Source: Alphaproteobacteria bacterium (GTDB lineage Bacteria > Pseudomonadota > Alphaproteobacteria > MPNO01). Taken from it: 64,000 nucleotides of DNA. Both the position numbers and the translations under genes were made by a program. The first letter of the stretch is position 1. Every line of letters starts with the position of its first letter. A model generated the notes under the pieces. That model saw only the letters and a list, made by a program, of their open reading frames with translations. It did not search any database and was not told where the DNA came from. Location of the stretch: the NCBI GenBank assembly GCA_965248835.1, contig CBDFLJ010000001.1, positions 2,016,001-2,080,000 on the forward strand, given 5' to 3'. Positions 31,671-41,310 of this stretch are shown piece after piece.

Positions 31671-32642
31671 CTAGTTGGACATCCAGGAGGCGACAAGGTC
31701 GGCGTTCTCCTCGACCCAAGCCGTCGCGTAGGCGTCGGGATCCTGCTTTTGCACCACCAGCGCGTAGCTCATGCGGCTCACCATGTCGACGTCGAGCTTC
31801 ACCTTGCCGAGCAGGTTCGCCGCCTCCGGATGGCTTTCTTCCAGAGCCTTGGCGAAATAAATGTGCAGGTAAGCCGAGTCCCAGGCGCTGCCGGCCTCCG
31901 ACTTGGCGAGCCAGTCCGGATCGTCGGTCGGCTGGATCACGTTCCAGTTGGAGGCTCCGTGCGGCGGCTCCTTCAGAATAACCAGCTCGTGAAGCGCGAA
32001 CATGTGATGCGGCGTATAGCAATAGAGCACGAAGGGCTTGTCCGCCTTGACAGCGGCATCGAGCGCGGCCAACGCCAAGGTTTCGTCCATCTCCAGGAGC
32101 TTCATGGTCTCGTCGTACCCATAGCTCTTGGCGCGAATCTTCTCGATATTCGTGGAGGCCCACCCCGATGCGCCGATCCAGGCTTCGCCGAGGCCGTCGC
32201 CGTCGCTATCGAATAGCGCCGCTTTGTCTGGATCGGTCAAATCATAGATCGCGGTCACGCCGTGGTTCTCGGCCGTTGACTTGGTCGCGCAAAACCCCTG
32301 AAACGCCTCGACGCCGTTCGGGTTCATGACGACCGTACCGCGCTCCTTGACGAACTTGTCGTGCAGATTCGCTTGATTGGGAAGCCAGACCTCGGGATGG
32401 ACATGCATGGAGCCTCGGTCCATGGCCTCGAAGACGACCGGATTGGTGCTGTTCTGCAGCTCGACCTCGAGGCCCAAATTGTCTCCGAGGATGACCTTGA
32501 GTATATGCGCCGTAACCTGGACCGAGGGCCAATTGGGCACGCCGATCACCACATCGGCGGCTTTGGCCGCGCCAATCGTCGTCAACGCCGCGACGGCACA
32601 GATTGCCAAACAGATTGCCGAGACTTTCGAACGCGGTTTCAT
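31671..32642 (-). CDS. Glycine betaine/proline-type ABC substrate-binding protein (ProX-like)
   Basis: Signal peptide; PNWPS, HPEVWLPNQ, DSDGDG.GE.WIG..GW and Y.YTPH. Confidence 0.88.
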   Translation of the reverse strand: MKPRSKVSAICLAICAVAALTTIGAAKAADVVIGVPNWPSVQVTAHILKVILGDNLGLEVELQNSTNPVVFEAMDRGSMHVHPEVWLPNQANLHDKFVKERGTVVMNPNGVEAFQGFCATKSTAENHGVTAIYDLTDPDKAALFDSDGDGLGEAWIGASGWASTNIEKIRAKSYGYDETMKLLEMDETLALAALDAAVKADKPFVLYCYTPHHMFALHELVILKEPPHGASNWNVIQPTDDPDWLAKSEAGSAWDSAYLHIYFAKALEESHPEAANLLGKVKLDVDMVSRMSYALVVQKQDPDAYATAWVEENADLVASWMSN

Positions 32643-32821
32643 TTTCCAACCTCCTTTCGGGGTTGTTGCCTGACCCATGCTCGACATATTGGTTTACCCC
32701 GGATTATTCGTTCCGATCCTGAATTCGAGTTGGCGGGCATGGCGCAATCGATTGTTCCGGCGCGGAAATTCGTTGTCGAGCCGCGTTTCTTCGGGAGCAA
32801 CGAAACGCCACACCCGCCACG

Positions 32822-32925
32822 ACCGAATGCGCCGCCCTCAAGCTGCGCCTGCTCAAGATCGACGCCCGCGTCATCGAAAAGGCCGCGCGCGCATGCTGGT
32901 CAAGCACCTCGCAACCGCAGCATGA
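32822..32925 (+). mobile_element. Probable IS1380-family transposase C-terminal scar
   Basis: TECAALKLRLLKIDARVIEKAAR resembles the A.F.TLRLRLLKI.ARV.E tail of IS1380 transposases; it has no start and is frameshifted. Confidence 0.5.
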
Positions 32926-32935
32926 AGGGGTCAGG

Positions 32936-33610
32936 CTAGACGCTGGTATCCGTATCCTCGGGCGGCGCGGGGGCAACGGGCGGACTCTTGGCGACGCCGA
33001 CGCGTGCCGCGCGCAGCAGGCGGCCGTTGAGCACATAACCCGCCTCGACAACCTGGACGACCGTGCCGGGCGCCGCCTCGGCGGTCGGCACCTCGAACAT
33101 CGCCTCGTGCAGATTGTGGTCGAATTTATCGCCCGCCGGATCGACCTTCTCCACGCCATGCCGCTGGAGGATGCCCAGCAGATCCCGCTCGGTCAGCGCG
33201 ACACCCTCGATGAATGACTTCAGCGGACCGTCTTCGGTGTCCGAGCCCTCCGGCAACGTCTCCAGCGCGCGGCGAAGGTTGTCGCCGACGCCCAGGACAT
33301 CGCGGGCAAAACCGGCGATGGCGTATTTCAGGGTCTCCTCGCGCTCGCGCTGGGCGCGGCGGCGCAGGTTCTCGCCCTCGGCGAGGGTGCGCAGCAACCT
33401 GTCGTTGAGCTCGGCAATCTCGGCCTCGTAGTCGCGCTCCTCCGGCTGGTCGGGCTCGGCGGCGGCGCCTTCCTGTTGCGCCGGGTCTTCGGCTTCGGGC
33501 AGCGCCTCTTCGGGCAACGCCTCTTCGGGCAGCGCCTCCTCGGGCGCCTCCTCCTCGGGCGGCGGCTCGGGCTCGGCCTGTTCAGCTTCGGTCTTTTCGA
33601 TCTCACTCAT
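32936..33610 (-). CDS. grpE: Nucleotide exchange factor GrpE
   Basis: LR.LAE.ENLRRR, DNL.RAL, FD.NLHEA.F and GY.LNGRLLRAA.V.V; follows hrcA. Confidence 0.96.
   Translation of the reverse strand: MSEIEKTEAEQAEPEPPPEEEAPEEALPEEALPEEALPEAEDPAQQEGAAAEPDQPEERDYEAEIAELNDRLLRTLAEGENLRRRAQREREETLKYAIAGFARDVLGVGDNLRRALETLPEGSDTEDGPLKSFIEGVALTERDLLGILQRHGVEKVDPAGDKFDHNLHEAMFEVPTAEAAPGTVVQVVEAGYVLNGRLLRAARVGVAKSPPVAPAPPEDTDTSV
33496..33560 (-). repeat. 15-bp coding tandem repeat (EEALP x3) in the grpE N-terminus
   Basis: PEEEAPEEALPEEALPEEALPE. Confidence 0.85.
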
Positions 33611-33636
33611 GGCAACGCCTTCCGATATGCCGTGGA

Positions 33637-34692
33637 CTAGCCGATCAGCCGGCCGACCACCTGCGCGGTATAGTCGACGATCGGAATGATGCGCGAGTAG
33701 TTGATCCGGGTCGGCCCGATGACGCCGATCGCACCGACAACGGTGCTGGAGCGGTCGGTGAACGGCGAGACGACCATCGAACAGCCGGTCATGTCGAACA
33801 GCGTGTTCTCCGAGCCGATGAAAATCTGCACTCCATCGCCGGTTCGCGTCAGATCGAGCAGCCGGACCGACAGCTCCTGGGTCTCCAGGGCCTCGAACAG
33901 GTTGCGGACGCGCTCCAGATCGCTGAGCGCGGCGATGTCGTCGAGCAGATGCGCTTGGCCCTTGACGATCAGCGCGCCGGTCGCCGCCTCGCCGGTCCAG
34001 GTCGCAAGCCCGGTCTCGACCAGCCTGGCGGTGATCGCATCGATCCGCACGCGGCGGTCCTCGATCTCGGCCTTGATGTCGCCGACCGCCTCGTCGACGG
34101 TGCGGCCCACCAGGCGGGCATTGAGGTAGTTGCCGGCCTCGGTGAGCGCCGAGGGCGGTGTGCCGACCGGCAGGTCGATCAGCCGGTTCTCGACGATGCC
34201 GTCCTCGGTCATCATCACCACCAGCGCACGGCCATCGCCCAGATTGACGAACTCGATGTGCTTGAGCGGCCGGTCGGTCTTGGGCGCGATCACCAGACCG
34301 GCGCATCCGGACAGGTCGGACATCGCGGCCGTCGCGTCGCTGAGCGCCTGGTTCAGGCTGGTGCCCTGGGCGGCACACTGCGCCTCGATGGTCTGGCGCT
34401 CGTCGCGGGACAGTTCGCCGATCTGCAACAGCCCGTCGACGAACAGGCGGAGCCCGGCCTCGGTCGGGATGCGTCCGGCCGAGGTGTGCGGCGAGACCAG
34501 CAGACCCATATCTTCGAGGTCGGCCATCACGTTGCGGATGGTCGCGGGCGACAGCGGCTGCGGCAGGCGGCGCGACAGCGTGCGCGAGCCGACCGGCTCG
34601 CCGGTCTGGACGAACGTCTCCACGAGCTCGCGAAAGACCGCGCGAGACCGCTCGTTGAGCTCGCCGATGACACCGGTTGGAGCGCTCTGCAT
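33637..34692 (-). CDS. hrcA: Heat-inducible transcription repressor HrcA
   Basis: GEPVGSR, SPATIRNVM.DLE, PHTSAGRIPT and GVIGPTR.NY. Confidence 0.97.
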   Translation of the reverse strand: MQSAPTGVIGELNERSRAVFRELVETFVQTGEPVGSRTLSRRLPQPLSPATIRNVMADLEDMGLLVSPHTSAGRIPTEAGLRLFVDGLLQIGELSRDERQTIEAQCAAQGTSLNQALSDATAAMSDLSGCAGLVIAPKTDRPLKHIEFVNLGDGRALVVMMTEDGIVENRLIDLPVGTPPSALTEAGNYLNARLVGRTVDEAVGDIKAEIEDRRVRIDAITARLVETGLATWTGEAATGALIVKGQAHLLDDIAALSDLERVRNLFEALETQELSVRLLDLTRTGDGVQIFIGSENTLFDMTGCSMVVSPFTDRSSTVVGAIGVIGPTRINYSRIIPIVDYTAQVVGRLIG

Positions 34693-34716
34693 CGAGTCCT
34701 CTCTTGGGCGGCAGGA

Positions 34717-34744
34717 ATGTAGTGTTGGTCCTGGTGGGCGTCAA
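34717..34744 (-). promoter_or_regulatory. Candidate RpoH-type promoter of hrcA-grpE
   Basis: Minus strand reads TTG-N18-ACTACAT, the same geometry as the dnaK promoter. Confidence 0.45.
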
Positions 34745-34844
34745 TGTGATGTGCCCCGTCTGCCGGGATGCAAACCGCTGGACGGCCCGGTCGGGCCGGG
34801 ATAGCTTCCCCCGCCATTCTCGGGCGGGCCGTTAGGGGAACGCG

Positions 34845-35588
34845 ATGTCATCATCCGGTCAGCCGGCCGGCCGGCCCTCCGGTCGGGCACGGGACGAGCT
34901 TCGAAAGATCGTCCTGGAAGCCGGATTTTCCAAGCATGCGGAGGGCTCGTGCCTGGTGCGGTTCGGCGACACCCACGTGCTGTGCACCGCATCGGTGGAG
35001 GGCCGCGTCCCGCCGTTCATCAAGAACACCGGCAGCGGCTGGGTGACAGCCGAATACGGCATGTTGCCGCGCTCGACCCACGAACGCACCGACCGCGAGG
35101 CCGCCCGCGGCAAACAGGGTGGCAGGACGCTGGAAATCCAGCGTCTGATCGGCCGTTCGCTGCGCGCGGTCGTCGATCTGCGGGCACTGGGCGAGCGCCA
35201 GATCCGACTCGACTGCGACGTGATCCAAGCCGACGGCGGCACCCGGACCGCGAGCGTCACCGGTGCCTGGGTCGCACTGCGCATGGCGATCGACGACCTG
35301 ATGGACAAGGGCGTCCTGACCGCCGATCCGATCTCGGATTCGGTCGCGGCGATCTCGTGCGGCATCGTCGGCGGCGTGCCGTGCCTGGACCTCGACTATC
35401 TCGAGGACAGCAGCGCGGATGTGGACGCGAACTTCGTGCTGACCGGCACCGGCGGCATTGTCGAAGTCCAGGGCACCGCGGAGACCGAACCCTTCGGGCG
35501 CAAAGCCTTCGAGGGCCTGCTCGACCTGGCGGAGAAGGGAACGACCGCGCTGACCCGGCTGCAACGCCAAGCCGTGCGGCGCGGTTGA
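34845..35588 (+). CDS. rph: Ribonuclease PH
   Basis: [30 protein letters not shown] and DGGTRTA. Confidence 0.97.
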   Translation: MSSSGQPAGRPSGRARDELRKIVLEAGFSKHAEGSCLVRFGDTHVLCTASVEGRVPPFIKNTGSGWVTAEYGMLPRSTHERTDREAARGKQGGRTLEIQRLIGRSLRAVVDLRALGERQIRLDCDVIQADGGTRTASVTGAWVALRMAIDDLMDKGVLTADPISDSVAAISCGIVGGVPCLDLDYLEDSSADVDANFVLTGTGGIVEVQGTAETEPFGRKAFEGLLDLAEKGTTALTRLQRQAVRRG

Positions 35589-35589
35589 A

Positions 35590-36198
35590 ATGGCGCGGGC
35601 CTTCACCGATCCATGTCTGGTGGTGGCTTCGCACAACCAGGGAAAGATCGGCGAAATCGCCGATCTGCTGGCACCGTTCGATGTCGCGATCACCTCCGCG
35701 GCCGCGCTGGGCCTGGCCGAGCCCGAGGAGACGGGCGAGAGCTTCCGGGCCAACGCGGAGATCAAGGCCCACGCGGCGGCCAAAGCCGCTCGCCTGCCTG
35801 CCCTGAGCGACGATTCGGGGCTGGCAATCGCCGTGCTCGGCGGCGCGCCGGGCATCCATTCGGCCCGCTGGGCGGGAGCCGAACGTGACTTCGCGGCCGC
35901 CATGGCGCGTGTCAAGGCGGCGCTGCCGGCGGACGCGGACCGGGCGGCCGCATTCGTCTGCGCGCTGGCGCTCGCTTGGCCCGACGGGCATTGCGAGACC
36001 GTCGAGGGGCGTGTGCAGGGTCGTCTCGTCTGGCCGCCGCGCGGCACCAACGGCTTCGGCTATGACCCGATATTCGTCGCCGACGGTCACGCCCTGACCT
36101 TCGGCGAGATGGAACCGGCGGACAAGCACGCGATCAGCCACCGCGCCGATGCCTTTGCCAAGCTCGTCACCGCCTGCTTCGGCGGCCGCGCGTCATGA
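35590..36198 (+). CDS. rdgB: Non-canonical purine NTP pyrophosphatase
   Basis: [19 protein letters not shown] and ISHR. Confidence 0.96.
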   Translation: MARAFTDPCLVVASHNQGKIGEIADLLAPFDVAITSAAALGLAEPEETGESFRANAEIKAHAAAKAARLPALSDDSGLAIAVLGGAPGIHSARWAGAERDFAAAMARVKAALPADADRAAAFVCALALAWPDGHCETVEGRVQGRLVWPPRGTNGFGYDPIFVADGHALTFGEMEPADKHAISHRADAFAKLVTACFGGRAS

Positions 36199-37385
36199 GC
36201 CCGGCAGGCGGCTTCGTCCCGGACAAGGACTCGCTCGGCCTCTACGTCCACTGGCCGTTCTGCAAGTCCAAATGCCCCTATTGCGACTTCAACAGCCACG
36301 TCGAGATGGAGATCGATGAGACCCGCTGGCGCAAGGCGCTGCTGGCGGAGATCGACCATTACGCGGCACGGACGGCAGGCCGCCGGCTGGAGACCATCTT
36401 CTTCGGCGGCGGCACGCCCTCGCTGATGCGGCCGGAGACCGTGGCTGCGGTGATCGACAAGGCGGTCGGCTGTTGGCCGACCAGCTCGGACCTCGAGGTC
36501 ACGCTGGAGGCCAACCCGACCTCGGTCGAGGCCGGCCGCCTTGCCGGCTTCCGCGACGCCGGGGCAGGCCGGCTGTCGCTGGGCGTCCAGTCGTTCGACC
36601 CGGACGGGCTGGCGGTGCTGGGGCGCGAGCACGGGCCCGGAGAGGCGATCGCGGCGATCGCCGTCGCCCAGAGCCTGTTCGCGCGCACCTCGTTCGACCT
36701 GATCTACGCTCGACCAGGCCAGACGCCGGAAGCCTGGCGGGGCGAACTCGCCCGCGCGCTCGATCACGTGCCGACCGACGGCGCAGGCCACATTTCGGTC
36801 TACCAGCTCACCATCGAGCCCGGCACCGCCTTCCACGCGGCTCACCGGCGCGGCAGGCTCGACCTGCCGGACGAGAACGATCAGGCCGCGATGTACCAGG
36901 ACACCCAGGACAGGCTCGAAGCGGCGGGTCTGCCGGCCTATGAGATCTCCAGCCACGCAGCCGCCGGCATGGCGTGCCGCCACAATCTCATCTATTGGCT
37001 ATCGGCGGATTATGTCGGCGTCGGGCCGGGCGCGCACGGCCGGATCACCACGGACGGCGCGACGACCGCCTATGCCCAGCGCCGCGCGCCGCTTGCCTGG
37101 TGCGCCGATGTCGAAGCCCGCGGCCACGCCACCGAGACGGCGGCACCGATCACACCGCGGGAGCGCCTGGAGGAGGTGTTGATGATGGGCCTCCGGCTCA
37201 CAACCGGCTTGCCGCGGCAGCGTTTCGTCGCACTCACCGGCGCAATGCCCGAGGACGCGCTCGACCGGGCGGCGCTGAACCGACTGACAGAGGCCGGTTT
37301 CATGGAGAACGACGATCGAGGCCTGCGCGCGACCGCCGCCGGCCGTATGCGTCTGGACGCTGTGTTGGCTGCCCTGCTCGCTTGA
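36195..37385 (+). CDS. hemW: Radical SAM heme chaperone HemW
   Basis: [23 protein letters not shown] and HN..YW; rph-rdgB-hemW synteny. Confidence 0.93.
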   Translation: MSPAGGFVPDKDSLGLYVHWPFCKSKCPYCDFNSHVEMEIDETRWRKALLAEIDHYAARTAGRRLETIFFGGGTPSLMRPETVAAVIDKAVGCWPTSSDLEVTLEANPTSVEAGRLAGFRDAGAGRLSLGVQSFDPDGLAVLGREHGPGEAIAAIAVAQSLFARTSFDLIYARPGQTPEAWRGELARALDHVPTDGAGHISVYQLTIEPGTAFHAAHRRGRLDLPDENDQAAMYQDTQDRLEAAGLPAYEISSHAAAGMACRHNLIYWLSADYVGVGPGAHGRITTDGATTAYAQRRAPLAWCADVEARGHATETAAPITPRERLEEVLMMGLRLTTGLPRQRFVALTGAMPEDALDRAALNRLTEAGFMENDDRGLRATAAGRMRLDAVLAALLA

Positions 37386-37399
37386 GCGGCGGCCGGGAT

Positions 37400-38815
37400 T
37401 CAGTTGACCAGCACCTCGAATTTCTCCGGCGCACGGCTGATCTCCCGCGGGGCGCCCGAGCCGATCTCGAAGACCGAAAGCCCGCGCTCGGACTCGCCGG
37501 TCTCGCGGAAGCGAAAGACGCCGGTGGTGCCCATGAACCCGCTGGCGTCGGTCAGCGCGGCGAGGTTGAAGTCCGGGCCTGTTTCGCGGCGCGCGAGCGT
37601 CGCGACCAGCGCCGCGGCATCGTAGGCCAGGTTCGCCAGCGGGTTGGGTGCGGTGCCGAACGCCGACCGGTAGCGGGTCTGGAAATCGCCGAGGGCTTCA
37701 ACCGAAGGTGCGGCGTACCACGCGCCGACCAGCGGCCGCTCGCGGCCGAGCCCATCGGTATGCCACGACGACAGGCCGAGCACCTTGATCCGCGTGGTGT
37801 CGATGTCGTAGTACGGCAGCAGTGCCGCGATCTCCGCAAGGCGGGTGCCGCTGACCGCGACCAGCAGCGCATCGAAGCCGAGGTCGGTCAGCCCGTCGAT
37901 GCTCTCCATTTCGACCATCATCCGAGCGGTGACGTCCTGGCCGGCGGCCTGGATCGCGGCGCGCTGCTCGAGCAGCGCCGCCTGCCGGCCGTCGTATTTG
38001 GCGAGCCTGCGAACCGCGGCCGTGGCGTCCTCGGACCGGTCGCCGACCCGCTCGATCCGGGCGAGGACGCCGCCGACCTCCTGAACGGCGCGCTCGAAAT
38101 ACCGCTCGACCCGACGCCCGAAGGCGCTGTCGGGAAGCAGTGCGGCGAAGCGCAGGATGCCCTGGCCGCGGGCGTACCGGACGACGCGGTGGATCTGCTG
38201 GCGCGGCAACAGTCCCATCAGGAACGTGCCGCGCTCGGCCACCGACCGGTCGTTGGAAAATGCGATCACGTTGATCCCGGCTTTCCGGGCAATCGGCGCG
38301 ACGGCCGCGACCGATGCGGCGAAAACCGGCCCCAGAAGAATCAAGGCGCCGCCGTCGATCGCTGCGCGGGCGGCCGCCTCGGCGCCGGCGGGCGTGCCGC
38401 GTGTGTCGTGGGGCAGGATGGTGAAGCCGTCGCCGGTCGCATCGAACAGCGCGAGTTGGGCGGCGTTGAGCAACGAGCGGCCGAGCGCGGTTTCCGGTCC
38501 GCTCAAGGGCAGCAGCAGGCCGACGCGGATCTGACCGGACGCCGCTCCGGCATCACCGATCGGTCCGCTCGAGGCATCGCCGACGGGTCCGCTTGAGGCA
38601 TCTGCGGAGGGGCGATCGGGGCGCGACGGCGAGGAGACCGCGGGCTCGGTCATGGTCGGCGTGCCCACCGTGCGCGGTTCTTGCGCCGGACCGGAGGGCG
38701 CGGATACGTTGGTCGGGGCACAGGCGGCAAGCACCACGAGGATCGGAGCGAGCCATGCCACGACGGCCATCGGCTTCGACAACCTGGTCGGGAACGGCGG
38801 GCGAGCACTCCTCAT
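37400..38815 (-). CDS. Penicillin-binding protein activator (LpoA/LppC-like lipoprotein); start may instead be 38770
   Basis: Lipobox LAAC; VGLLLPLSG, ILGPVF, LAYDA and GF.G..G.FRF; divergent from rsmI. Confidence 0.82.
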   Translation of the reverse strand: MRSARPPFPTRLSKPMAVVAWLAPILVVLAACAPTNVSAPSGPAQEPRTVGTPTMTEPAVSSPSRPDRPSADASSGPVGDASSGPIGDAGAASGQIRVGLLLPLSGPETALGRSLLNAAQLALFDATGDGFTILPHDTRGTPAGAEAAARAAIDGGALILLGPVFAASVAAVAPIARKAGINVIAFSNDRSVAERGTFLMGLLPRQQIHRVVRYARGQGILRFAALLPDSAFGRRVERYFERAVQEVGGVLARIERVGDRSEDATAAVRRLAKYDGRQAALLEQRAAIQAAGQDVTARMMVEMESIDGLTDLGFDALLVAVSGTRLAEIAALLPYYDIDTTRIKVLGLSSWHTDGLGRERPLVGAWYAAPSVEALGDFQTRYRSAFGTAPNPLANLAYDAAALVATLARRETGPDFNLAALTDASGFMGTTGVFRFRETGESERGLSVFEIGSGAPREISRAPEKFEVLVN

Positions 38816-39693
38816 CACAGGACGACCGTGCAGCGGGCCGCCGGCGGGCCACCTCCGCCGGTCTCCATCTGGTGGCGACACCGATCGGGAACCTGCGCGA
38901 TATCACGCTGCGCGCCCTGGACACTCTGCGCGATGCCGACGTCATCGCCTGCGAGGACACGCGCGTGACGCGAAAATTGCTCGCAGCGCATGGTATCGCC
39001 TCTCCGTTGACGGCCTATCACGAGCATAACGCACCGCGCGCGCGCCCGGCACTCATTAAACGGCTGGAATCGGGCCAAATCGTGGCACTGGTTTCCGATG
39101 CCGGAATGCCGCTGATATCCGATCCGGGCTACCGGCTGGTGCGCGCGGCGCTGGCGGCGGGGATCGCGGTGACGGTCTTGCCGGGCGCGTCGGCGCCGCT
39201 TGCGGCCCTGGTTCTGTCGGGCCTGCCCACCGACCGCTTTCATTTCGCCGGATACCTGCCCGCCAAGCGGGCCGCAAGACGGTCGGTCCTGGCGGAGCTT
39301 GCCGGCATCGACGCCACGCTGGTGCTTCTGGACTCGCCGCACCGGCTGGCCGCGAGCCTTGCCGATATGGCAGCGGTGCTGGGCGACCGGCAGGCTGCGG
39401 TCGCCCGGGAGCTGACCAAGCGCCATGAAGAGGTGCTGCGCGGCCGTCTGGGCGAACTCGCCGATCGGGTGGCGGCGACCGGCCCGCCCAAGGGCGAGGT
39501 CGTGCTGGTCATCGCCCCGCCGGAGGCCCTGCCCGAGGCCCCGACCGAACGGATCGATGCCGCGTTGGTCCGCGCACTCCAGAGCCTGTCGGTGCGCGAC
39601 GCTGCGGCCACGGTGGCCGCCGCGCTGGGCGCGCCGCGGCGCATCGTCTACGAGCGGGCGCTGGCGCTGGGGAGCGGGCAGCACACGAAATGA
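38755..39693 (+). CDS. rsmI: 16S rRNA C1402 2'-O-methyltransferase
   Basis: LVATPIGNL.DIT.RAL, ACEDTR, SDAG.P.ISDPG, ARELTK and KGE. Confidence 0.95.
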   Translation: MPRRPSASTTWSGTAGEHSSSQDDRAAGRRRATSAGLHLVATPIGNLRDITLRALDTLRDADVIACEDTRVTRKLLAAHGIASPLTAYHEHNAPRARPALIKRLESGQIVALVSDAGMPLISDPGYRLVRAALAAGIAVTVLPGASAPLAALVLSGLPTDRFHFAGYLPAKRAARRSVLAELAGIDATLVLLDSPHRLAASLADMAAVLGDRQAAVARELTKRHEEVLRGRLGELADRVAATGPPKGEVVLVIAPPEALPEAPTERIDAALVRALQSLSVRDAAATVAAALGAPRRIVYERALALGSGQHTK

Positions 39694-40046
39694 CCGGATC
39701 GGCCCGGACCGAGCGTTACGGGCGCTTTGCCGAAAGCCTTTCGCTCGCCCTGCTGCGGCTCAAAGGCTACCGCGTGATCGCGCGGCGGTTCCGCTCGCCG
39801 GCCGGTGAGATCGACCTGATCGTTCGCCGCGGCAGCCTGGTCGCCTATGTCGAGGTCAAGGCGCGGCGCGATATCGCGAGCGCCGCGGAGTCCTTGGGGC
39901 CGGCGCAGCGCCAGCGCATCCGCCGGGCCGCGGGGCACTTTCTCAAGGGCCGCCCGGACCTGGCGGGGCTCGACCACCGTTTCGACGTCATGCTGGTCCT
40001 GCCCTGGTCGGTGCCCAATCATATCGTCGATGCCTGGCGTGATTGA
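39690..40046 (+). CDS. yraN: YraN family (UPF0102) nuclease-like protein
   Basis: G..AE, GEIDLI, VEVKAR and RFDV. Confidence 0.93.
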   Translation: MTGSARTERYGRFAESLSLALLRLKGYRVIARRFRSPAGEIDLIVRRGSLVAYVEVKARRDIASAAESLGPAQRQRIRRAAGHFLKGRPDLAGLDHRFDVMLVLPWSVPNHIVDAWRD

Positions 40047-40088
40047 GGTTGGGCACGATTGAGGTTGGGCGCGATTGAGGTTGGGCGG
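40041..40088. repeat. 16-bp tandem repeat x3
   Basis: GATTGAGGTTGGGCAC / GATTGAGGTTGGGCGC / GATTGAGGTTGGGCGG; the first unit contains the yraN stop. Confidence 0.9.
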
Positions 40089-40138
40089 GGCCGGAAAACG
40101 GCGGCACAATGCCGGAGAGAGGGGTCCACCACAGCAGG

Positions 40139-40474
40139 ATGAGCATGCCCTGGCTCGGAGTTTCGGCCGGCGCCGTCGTGATCGCGCTTTGCGCTGCCCT
40201 GATCTCGGCCTGTGCCGGCGTGGTGGTCGCGGGCGGTGCCGGCGCGGTCTCCGCGGCAACCCAGGAACGCGGCTCCACCGGCACCATCAGCGATACCGCG
40301 GGCAAGATCGTCCACCGGATGGGAATCGCCCGGAACGCGGGCGCGCTTGCCCGTCTCGAAACCCATGCGCGTGAGGTCTCGTACGTCAAGCGCGTGGTCC
40401 GCTATGTTGTGCTCAACAACGATCCGAAACGAAAGGCCCCGCGGCACCGGGGCCGGAGTCGGGGCTGGACGTGA
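40139..40474 (+). pseudogene. BON-domain lipoprotein (YraP/DolP-like) with a large internal in-frame deletion
   Basis: Lipobox ISAC plus GAGA..AATQER...D is joined directly to a BON2-end-like V..MGIAR...AREVSYVKRVV. The position after yraN is the usual one for this gene. Confidence 0.6.
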
Positions 40475-41301
40475 GACAACATCATGAAGCGGAACGGCTG
40501 CTCAAGGACCTGGCGAACACGGCCGATGAAGATGTCCGCCTGGCCGAGGCGGCGTTGGCGTTGGCGGCCCTGACGATCGGCGAGATCGACCTCGATTACT
40601 ACCGCGCCCACCTGGCCGGCATCGTCGAGGCGGTGGCGCACCGGATACCGGGAACCTGTTCGCTCACCGAGCGCATCGCGACGCTCAACGAGGTCATCAT
40701 CGACCAGGAGCGGTATTGCGGCGACACGACGGCCTATGACGATCTCGACAACGCCAACCTGGTGCGGGTGATCGACCGCCGCCGCGGCCTGCCGGTGGCG
40801 CTGGGCATTATCTATCTCGATGTCGCCCACCGCCTCGGCTGGCGGGCGACGGGGCTGAACTTCCCCGGCCATTTCCTGATCCGGATCGAGGACGCCGAGG
40901 CGCGCGCAATCGTCGATCCGTTCGAAGGCGGGGCAATCCGCGAGGACGCCGACCTGCGGGCGCTGATCAAGCTTACCGCCGGCGAGAACGCGGAACTGGC
41001 GGCCGAGCATTTCGAGCCGGTCGAGCGCCGCGGCGTGTTGCTGAGGCTGCAGAACAACATCAAAATTCGCCAGCTCCGCGCCGGGCATATCGAGGACGCC
41101 GCCGCGACTGTGGACAGGATGCTGCTGTTCATGCCCGAACAGGCCGTGCTGCGCCGCGAGGCGGGGCTGCTGCACGCCCGGCTCGGCCACCTGGTCGCAG
41201 CACGGCGCCATCTGGAGGCCTACCGCGACCGCTGCGCCGGCCCGGCCGAGCGCGATGAGGCCGAGGCGCTGCTGCGCCGCGTCTCCCGCCGGCTCAACTA
41301 G
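40471..41301 (+). CDS. SirB1-like transglutaminase-domain/TPR protein
   Basis: Y.GD...YDD..NA.L..V.DRRRGLPV.L, G.NFPGHFL, DPF.GG and L.RLQNN.K. Confidence 0.85.
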   Translation: MRQHHEAERLLKDLANTADEDVRLAEAALALAALTIGEIDLDYYRAHLAGIVEAVAHRIPGTCSLTERIATLNEVIIDQERYCGDTTAYDDLDNANLVRVIDRRRGLPVALGIIYLDVAHRLGWRATGLNFPGHFLIRIEDAEARAIVDPFEGGAIREDADLRALIKLTAGENAELAAEHFEPVERRGVLLRLQNNIKIRQLRAGHIEDAAATVDRMLLFMPEQAVLRREAGLLHARLGHLVAARRHLEAYRDRCAGPAERDEAEALLRRVSRRLN

Positions 41302-41310
41302 GCGGCAGCG

